From assembly GCF_009914755.1 (NCBI RefSeq), contig NC_060929.1: 64,000 bases of DNA. The stretch is one strand, 5' to 3'. Positions 1 to 64,000 of the stretch are shown here, in pieces. Numbering within the stretch: the stretch's first letter is position 1; each line of letters starts with the position of its first letter. The DNA is from the human T2T-CHM13v2.0 reference genome, Homo sapiens. The notes beneath the pieces were generated by a model, which ran no database searches, was not told where the DNA came from, and saw only the letters and a program-made list of their open reading frames with translations. Position numbers and translations under genes: made by a program.

Positions 1-86
1 GTAGTCAATCTTATTTCATATATACCTTCCCACTCTCCTTTCTCCTCCCCTTTTGCTGGATTGTTTTTTTTTAAAGTCTCAGATAA

Positions 87-930
<844 letters not shown>

Positions 931-981
931 AGGCATAACAAATTTAAGTGACTCAAAGCTTTATGTGACACAGGAGCTCTC

Positions 982-1086
982 AGAAAGGAACAGTTAAATT
1001 ATAACATGTCCATATTATGCGTTAGTATGTGTCCACAACTAACCCATAATATGGACATGTTATAATTTAACTGTTCATTCCTCTCT
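982..1086 (-). ncRNA. MIR3912: pre-miR-3912 hairpin (5p arm at ~1038-1058, 3p arm at ~1004-1024)
   Basis: 39-bp inverted repeat, 988-1026 vs 1038-1076, with one mismatch and an 11-nt loop. The reverse complement of 1004-1024 (TAACGCATAATATGGACATGT) matches my recollection of miR-3912-3p, and the position just upstream of NPM1 fits. Confidence 0.85.
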
Positions 1087-2126
1087 TGATAGACACTGAA
1101 ATCGTCTCTATAATTTTCCTGTAAGAAATAATGCCTTGGGGTGGGGGTGTCTTCCTTTCTGAGGCTATCATTTGTATTCCTCACTTCTTAAATTTGTTTG
1201 ATATGTTGAGGCTTAAAAAAAAAAGATTACGGGTCTTCAGAACGCCCCAATGCCCGCGGGGTGCTGGGGTGCCTCGGAGTTTGTCAAGGTGTAGCTTAAA
1301 ACGTTAATTCCCATGCTCGCTCCCAAATATTCGAATTAAGGCTTCTGTAGTTCTTACAAGTCACCCGCTTTCTTTCAGGAGGAATGTTAAAGATTAAGAG
1401 CGGCAAGAAGTCAGAGTCGGCCCACCCTCCGAGCTCTCTTAGGGCGATGTCCTTGCTAATTTGGAGACTGATTCAGTCCCCTTTTGGCCCCCAAGTTACG
1501 TAAAGATAAGGACTTTGGAGATGTTTTCTCAGGAAGGACAGAGCTGAAAAACAAAGTTCCGTAAGTCTGGCCGGTAACTACATCTTTCCTTCCTAACAAA
1601 GAATAAGCCGCAATTCACTCTCTCTGGCACCTGAACTTTGGGGTAACGATTAACTGCGATCCGAAGCCTTCAGGCAAGTAAAAAATTCCTGAAGTGATTA
1701 CGCCTGTTTGGAGGCTTGCAGGGCACTAGGGGATGGGGAAAGGTGAATCGAGGTGCTCTCTGGCTCATTCGCAGCCGGCTAACCCGCCATATCTTACACA
1801 GCTAAGGGCTGCCGACGCCATTTTGCAGGGTGGGCTGCGCAGACTCTTGGCGGGAGGCCGGCGCGCTTGAGCGGGAGAGGACGTGGAAGGGTTGGAGGTG
1901 GGGAGTGCGCGTTACGACTGGAAAGCACGCGTGCGCACAGGCGACAGCAGCGGAGGGGTGGGGCCAGTGTACGAGTGCGCGTGCTCGGTGGGAGCCCGCG
2001 GAGTACCTGGAAGGAGGTGGGGGCGAGGTAGAAAGGAGTGGGGTTGAAAAGCGCTTGCGCAGGACGGCTACGGTACGGGGGTGGGAGGGCTTCGGAGCAC
2101 GCGCGCGGAGGCGGGACTTGGGAAGC

Positions 2127-2182
2127 GCTCGCGAGATCTTCAGGGTCTATATATAAGCGCGGGGAGCCTGCGTCCTTTCCCT
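2127..2182 (+). promoter_or_regulatory. NPM1: NPM1 core promoter: CGCG element, TATA box and 5'TOP start
   Basis: GCTCGCGAGA at 2127-2136 (one mismatch to TCTCGCGAGA), TATATATAAG at 2148-2157, pyrimidine tract CTTTCCCT starting at 2175, about 27 nt after the TATA box. Confidence 0.85.
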
Positions 2183-2274
2183 GGTGTGATTCCGTCCTGC
2201 GCGGTTGTTCTCTGGAGCAGCGTTCTTTTATCTCCGTCCGCCTTCTCTCCTACCTAAGTGCGTGCCGCCACCCG

Positions 2275-24893
<22,619 letters not shown>

Positions 24894-25185
24894 GAAAATA
24901 GTTTAAACAATTTGTTAAAAAATTTTCCGTCTTATTTCATTTCTGTAACAGTTGATATCTGGCTGTCCTTTTTATAATGCAGAGTGAGAACTTTCCCTAC
25001 CGTGTTTGATAAATGTTGTCCAGGTTCTATTGCCAAGAATGTGTTGTCCAAAATGCCTGTTTAGTTTTTAAAGATGGAACTCCACCCTTTGCTTGGTTTT
25101 AAGTATGTATGGAATGTTATGATAGGACATAGTAGTAGCGGTGGTCAGACATGGAAATGGTGGGGAGACAAAAATATACATGTGA

Positions 25186-25209
25186 AATAAAACTCAGTAT
25201 TTTAATAAA
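25186..25209 (+). terminator. NPM1: Tandem poly(A) signals of NPM1
   Basis: AATAAA at 25186-25191 and 25204-25209, followed by T-rich sequence. Confidence 0.85.
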
Positions 25210-25536
25210 GTAGCACGGTTTCTATTGACTTATTTAACTGCTTTATACTTTGTCAAAGAAATAATTAATGTAGTTAGGAATGGCAAATAGTCTTGTAAAA
25301 TTCTATGAGAATGTCCCTGCCCTCCCCTTCAATATTCTCTCTGGAGCTAACCACTTTTTCATCATAAGGATTTAGTGCTGTGTTCCCACCTCCTGATGAT
25401 AGTTAACAATTATTATAACTATGCAACATGTTTCCAAATGTTCCATTAGACCTCCTATCTGCCTATTCTAGCCTCACTTGCAAAGAAAATGTGGCATGTT
25501 AAAACAGCTTAAAAGCAGCCTTTCAACCTGTATGGT

Positions 25537-30335
<4,799 letters not shown>

Positions 30336-30787
30336 TGTCCTGTCCTGTGTTCTTAGGCTGGATGTTTTCCATCTTTGTCTCCACAATATTTGTATTCCAC
30401 AGATTCCCTGAATCTTAGGAGTCTTCTCAGTCAAGACTGGGAAGAAGTGGGAAACAAGTGGAAAGACTGCAGTACTCAGTTTACTTGCACACTTGAACAA
30501 AGGGATTTAAATATATACTCTGTTTCAGACGAAAGTTCTAGGTGCGTAGGGTTAGTAGGCAAGGCAGCGAGATGCTCTGCAGGGCTTACATTTCATTGTG
30601 TTACTTGTCAACATATATTCTTAACTCCCCTCAGAAAATTGCCTGAGTTTATTAGCTTAGAGCTGGGAATTTAATGCAGGTGTGTCTGATTCCGACCCCC
30701 AAAATAGCACATGGCTGCGTAGCCCAAGCTACGGTACCCTTACCTGGACTGGTAACAGCTAGCTTAGCATCCTCCTTACTCCAGCTA

Positions 30788-30834
30788 CTAAGAATGAAGT
30801 GGAATGGTGTAACAGCATTCCACTTCATTCTTAG
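30788..30834. repeat. Perfect 19-bp inverted repeat with a 9-nt spacer
   Basis: CTAAGAATGAAGTGGAATG-gtgtaacag-CATTCCACTTCATTCTTAG. Confidence 0.95.
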
Positions 30835-33801
30835 CCAGGGTAAAGCTTTTTTAACAAACTGAATTTTGACTGTTTCAAAGCCCTTAATTGACAAATTGTG
30901 GCATATCTATACTATTAAGTACTATCCCACGATGAAAATTGACTACTGCAAAATGCAACAATGGATCAATCTCAAACATGCTCAGCCAGACACAAGCACA
31001 TAATAGGTGGTTCCATTTATGTGAAATCGAAAATAAACCAGTGCCAGATAAATGATTGCTTGGGACGAGCAATTGGGGGCCGGAAGATTGCCTGAGAAGA
31101 GGTGGTGTTTGTACCTAGATACATTTGTCAGAACTGAACTGTACACTTAAAACTGATGCATTGCAAAACTGGTACCCTTAAGCCAATGATGGCTACTTAA
31201 TTTCCTGTGAAGGCCTGGTCAAGCACATTGCCTGTTTTCACCCTCATCTCTTGCCACACTCTCCCTGGCTAACCCTGCCAGTCGCCTAGCCTTTTTCCAC
31301 TGGAGGCACTTTGCATCTTTTACCTGGAATATTCCTTTGCATGGCTATCTACTGTCTTTGGGTCTTGGCCTTAATGTTACCAAGAGGTCTTCTGGCTTCT
31401 CTATCCCACTGGTTTCTCTCAAAACACTGGTAACAAGCCAGCATTTATCTCTTGGTGTATTTGCTTATTGCCCATCTTCCCTAGTGGAAACGAAGTGCTT
31501 TTTTAGTGCAGGGACCTTGCCTGTCTTTCAGTGAGGGCTCGACACTGTAGGATCTCAATAAATTGTGATTGAATTAGTAAGAAGTGACTACTAAAATAGT
31601 GGTATATATTAAGTGTTGTATGAACATGCCAAATCCAGATAGAACCCATTTAAGATTCAGGCATATGGTAAATAGGTCATGTTGGTAAATAGGTGCATGA
31701 AACTAGAGGGTGTGAGTGGTGGGGAAAAGAATGTGTAGTATAAAATGGATTTGGAGTCAAAAGACATTCTGACTAGATGCCTCTTCAACTGTAAATTGGA
31801 AATGATCCTGCCTCCCTACTTCATGAAATTGTTCAGAAAGAAATGTGAAAATAACCTGAAAGTAACCTGAATAATAATTAGGATTATTAGTTAGCAGCTA
31901 AAACGTTTGGAGTTTTCATTGTGTGCCAGACACTCATTGAGTACTCACAACTCTGTGAGAGTTGTTACTGTTCTTAGCCATATTTTGTAGAGGAGGAAGC
32001 AGAATCTCAAACCGTTGCTTGCTGGAATTTATAAGTAAATGTTGGTGGCAGTATTCAAATGCAGTACTTCTGACTCCTGAGTTTATGCTCTTACTCAGAA
32101 CTGTTCTCTTGGCTGGACTTTTTGGTCAGTCTGATTTGTTTGGTAGGTGAGATTGGCAAATATACTTTGAGCATTGAAAAATACTGCAAGCATTTTAGAT
32201 AGGGTATAAATAATTATATACCCATTCCATTCACAAGTAATAAAAAATAGTAACAATATAGAAAATTGGAAGCATGATTCTTAGCCAGGAGATACTTCAA
32301 ACTAGCAGATGGTAAGCCAAAAACTCCTCGACTGGGTTTGTCAATCTTCCTATAAAGCAAGATCAAAGACGGCGGCAATGACTCGGGTCATCGGTGGGAG
32401 CATTTCTGTCCATTTCTATTTATGGTTGGTCATTGCATCCTATCTTGGGATCGATTCATTTTCTCCAGAACTTGGGAAGTTACGAGTAACTCTGCAAGTC
32501 CAGCTCTGGCAATCAGAATGTCTAAGTAAATTCAGCTTAAAAGCTTCATGCAGGAATTTTCCCCCTCAGCACCTGGTTTTGAAAAGGTTTTCTGCACTTG
32601 TGTCCGATGTTGAAACAGAGGCTATCTGTTTAAAATAGCCTCAGCTTTGAAAGGGAACTTAAAATAGCTTGCAAGGAGGCCTGATATTTGGAACAATTAC
32701 TAATGTTTTATAGTCATGGCTTCAGCAAATAGCACTGTTCGACAGTCCTACCTCAGTTTATGCTCCAGTGGACCATCAACCATTGCCAACGCAAGGAGGC
32801 TTTAACCAAATAGTCCAGATTCCTGAGTTTTGCTTGAGCCTGTCCTCCAGCGTCTTTCTCACTGTGACCTATTTTCCTTAGCATCAGGCTCAAGCAGAGC
32901 TTGGCTGACACCAGCTCTAGACAGTGAGGCAGGTACGTGACAAGAACACCTACGTTTTGGGGTTGGTGGGAAGGACAGGAGTTATGCCTCTGGAAGGGGC
33001 AGAGGCGGTAAGAACCAGTGTCCTGAATGGGGCCCTGGTTAAAGGAACGAAGCTGCCTAGTATGCAAACGGAGGCAAGTCTTAGTCCGGTTTTGGGAGGA
33101 GGCCGGAAGAGGGCCTCAGCGTGGTCGCTGACCAGAGTCCTGCTGGCTGCTCCCCGGCGTGCAGCCGTCCGTGCTGGGGTTGCAGTGACGTCTCGGGGCC
33201 GCTTGGTGGTAGCCGTGTGTTTCCAAAGCTGGCTCGCCTACGGGAGAGTCCAGCTGGGATCCCGTGAACCGACCCCAGAGCCCCGGAGGGGGCGAGGGGT
33301 GGGAAGGAGAGATGCCCGGGAGCCCCCTTCGCAGCGGCAGGGACGTAAGAAGAGGACGGGGGCTCACTTAAGTGGGTAGCCAGTCAAGAGGGTGGCTGGG
33401 AAACTCCACGATCGCAGGGCGGGTAAAAGCGACCCCCATTCAGTGGAGCCGCCCCGGGGCTGGGTTTGACCCGCCCCTCTCGGCTCTCCACTAGAGCGCT
33501 GGTGAGTGAGTGCGAGTAGCGAATGTGGGCAGGTGAGGACGTTCCGTACCTAACTGCGTTCTTGGGGAGCATCGCCTGCCCAATTTGGGCAACGTTTGCG
33601 CGGAGGAGCGGTCACTGCGCTCGGGCGCAGAGCTCCGACGGCTTCCAGCGCTCACCAGCTTCAGTCTCGCGGGTCCTGCCCCTTTGGAGCTGCCGGTCCC
33701 GTCTCCGAGAGTCTGAGCGCCTCCCCTCCAACCCCGAGCCGCCAGGAGAAGGAGGAGGAGGCAGCGAGAGGCCGCGGCAGGCAGGCGAGCAGGCAGGGCC
33801 G

Positions 33802-33814
33802 CCTTTGATGTGGG
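33802..33814 (+). promoter_or_regulatory. TCF/LEF site overlapping a RUNX-like site
   Basis: CCTTTGATGTGGG about 190 bp upstream of the likely TSS. FGF18 is an established Wnt/beta-catenin target. Confidence 0.75.
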
Positions 33815-34390
33815 CTGGGCGCACCCAGGCGAGCTGAGCGCCCGTCCGGCCGCGCCCCGAGGGGGGAGCCCCCAGGCCCCGCATCCTCATTGTGCCGGCT
33901 CGGGCCCGGGCCCGCCCCCGGCCCCCCGCCCCCTCGCCGCCCGCGCGTAGAAAACGCCCCGGCCGCCGCCAGTGGTGGGAGGCGGCGATGCGCACGGCCG
34001 GAGAGACGCGGAGGAGGAGACATGAGCCGGCGGGCGCCCAGACGGAGCGGCCGTGACGCTTTCGCGCTGCAGCCGCGCGCCCCGACCCCGGAGCGCTGAC
34101 CCCTGGCCCCACGCAGCTCCGCGCCCGGGCCGGAGAGCGCAACTCGGCTTCCAGACCCGCCGCGCATGCTGTCCCCGGACTGAGCCGGGCAGCCAGCCTC
34201 CCACGGACGCCCGGACGGCCGGCCGGCCAGCAGTGAGCGAGCTTCCCCGCACCGGCCAGGCGCCTCCTGCACAGCGGCTGCCGCCCCGCAGCCCCTGCGC
34301 CAGCCCGGAGGGCGCAGCGCTCGGGAGGAGCCGCGCGGGGCGCTGATGCCGCAGGGCGCGCCGCGGAGCGCCCCGGAGCAGCAGAGTCTG

Positions 34391-34456
34391 CAGCAGCAGC
34401 AGCCGGCGAGGAGGGAGCAGCAGCAGCGGCGGCGGCGGCGGCGGCGGCGGCGGAGG
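34391..34456 (+). repeat. 5'UTR trinucleotide repeats: (CAG)4 ... (CAG)3(CGG)9AGG
   Basis: CAG x4 at 34391-34402, CAG x3 at 34418-34426, CGG x9 at 34427-34453. Confidence 0.93.
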
Positions 34457-34529
34457 CGCCCGGTCCCGGCCGCGCGGAGCGGACATGTGCAGGCTGGGCT
34501 AGGAGCCGCCGCCTCCCTCCCGCCCAGCG

Positions 34530-63588
<29,059 letters not shown>

Positions 63589-63693
63589 GTGAGTGATGGT
63601 TTGGGATTCCCGGGAACTTCGGGTTCCCCTCTGGCAGCTCTGGGAGCTGGAACAATGTGTCCAGGGCACTGTCAGTCCCAAATGGAAAACAGG

Positions 63694-63695
<2 letters not shown>

Positions 63696-63779
<84 letters not shown>

Positions 63780-63796
63780 GGAGAGAGAGAGAGAGA
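63696..63796. repeat. Compound microsatellite (GT)30(GA)11 CAG (GA)8
   Basis: Read directly from the sequence. Confidence 0.95.
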
Positions 63797-64000
63797 CTGT
63801 AATCTCTTCCTTTCACCCCATCCCATCCCCCACTTCTCTTCCCCGGGCACTTGAACTCACCAGGCTGAGGTATCCATGGCTGTGTCTCTCCTGTTGGGTG
63901 TGGAGCTCTGGCTTGCTTGGTAGTGGGAGAATCCTTGAGGGGCTCTGGGGCACCCCGGCTACATGTCCCTGACGTCTGGGAGCAAGGAACCGGCAGGCCA

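Noticed and set aside
34347-34502. Polyglycine (GGC-frame) translation of the FGF18 repeat, as in NOTCH2NLC or FMR1
   Set aside because: That frame is closed by TGA at 34344-34346 and I see no ATG or near-cognate start between it and the repeat

Overview
Human genomic DNA at 5q35.1, recognised from sequence. The window holds the complete, intron-containing NPM1 gene on the + strand: TATA/5'TOP promoter at about 2.15-2.18 kb, 11 canonical coding exons totalling 885 nt (294 aa), the alternative terminal exon 10, and a wild-type exon 12. It also holds the MIR3912 hairpin on the - strand just upstream, and the first four exons of FGF18 on the + strand (ATG at 34530; exon 5 lies beyond the window). 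Almost all ORF-track entries are Alu, SVA, L1 or CpG-island artefacts. The most notable non-obvious structure is in NPM1 intron 8. What looks like three separate repeats (L1 fragment, MST LTR, SVA) is one ~2.8-kb antisense SVA insertion carrying an ~880-bp 3' transduction, bounded by a single 15-bp target-site duplication and with two poly(A) signal/tail pairs. Other candidates are an Arg/Gln-repeat overlapping uORF in the FGF18 leader that stays open across three exons, a perfect 19-bp inverted repeat upstream of FGF18, a young AluYb8, a candidate alternative NPM1 terminal exon, and cryptic tandem repeats. No wholly new gene system is supported. Repeat subfamily calls and boundaries are by eye.
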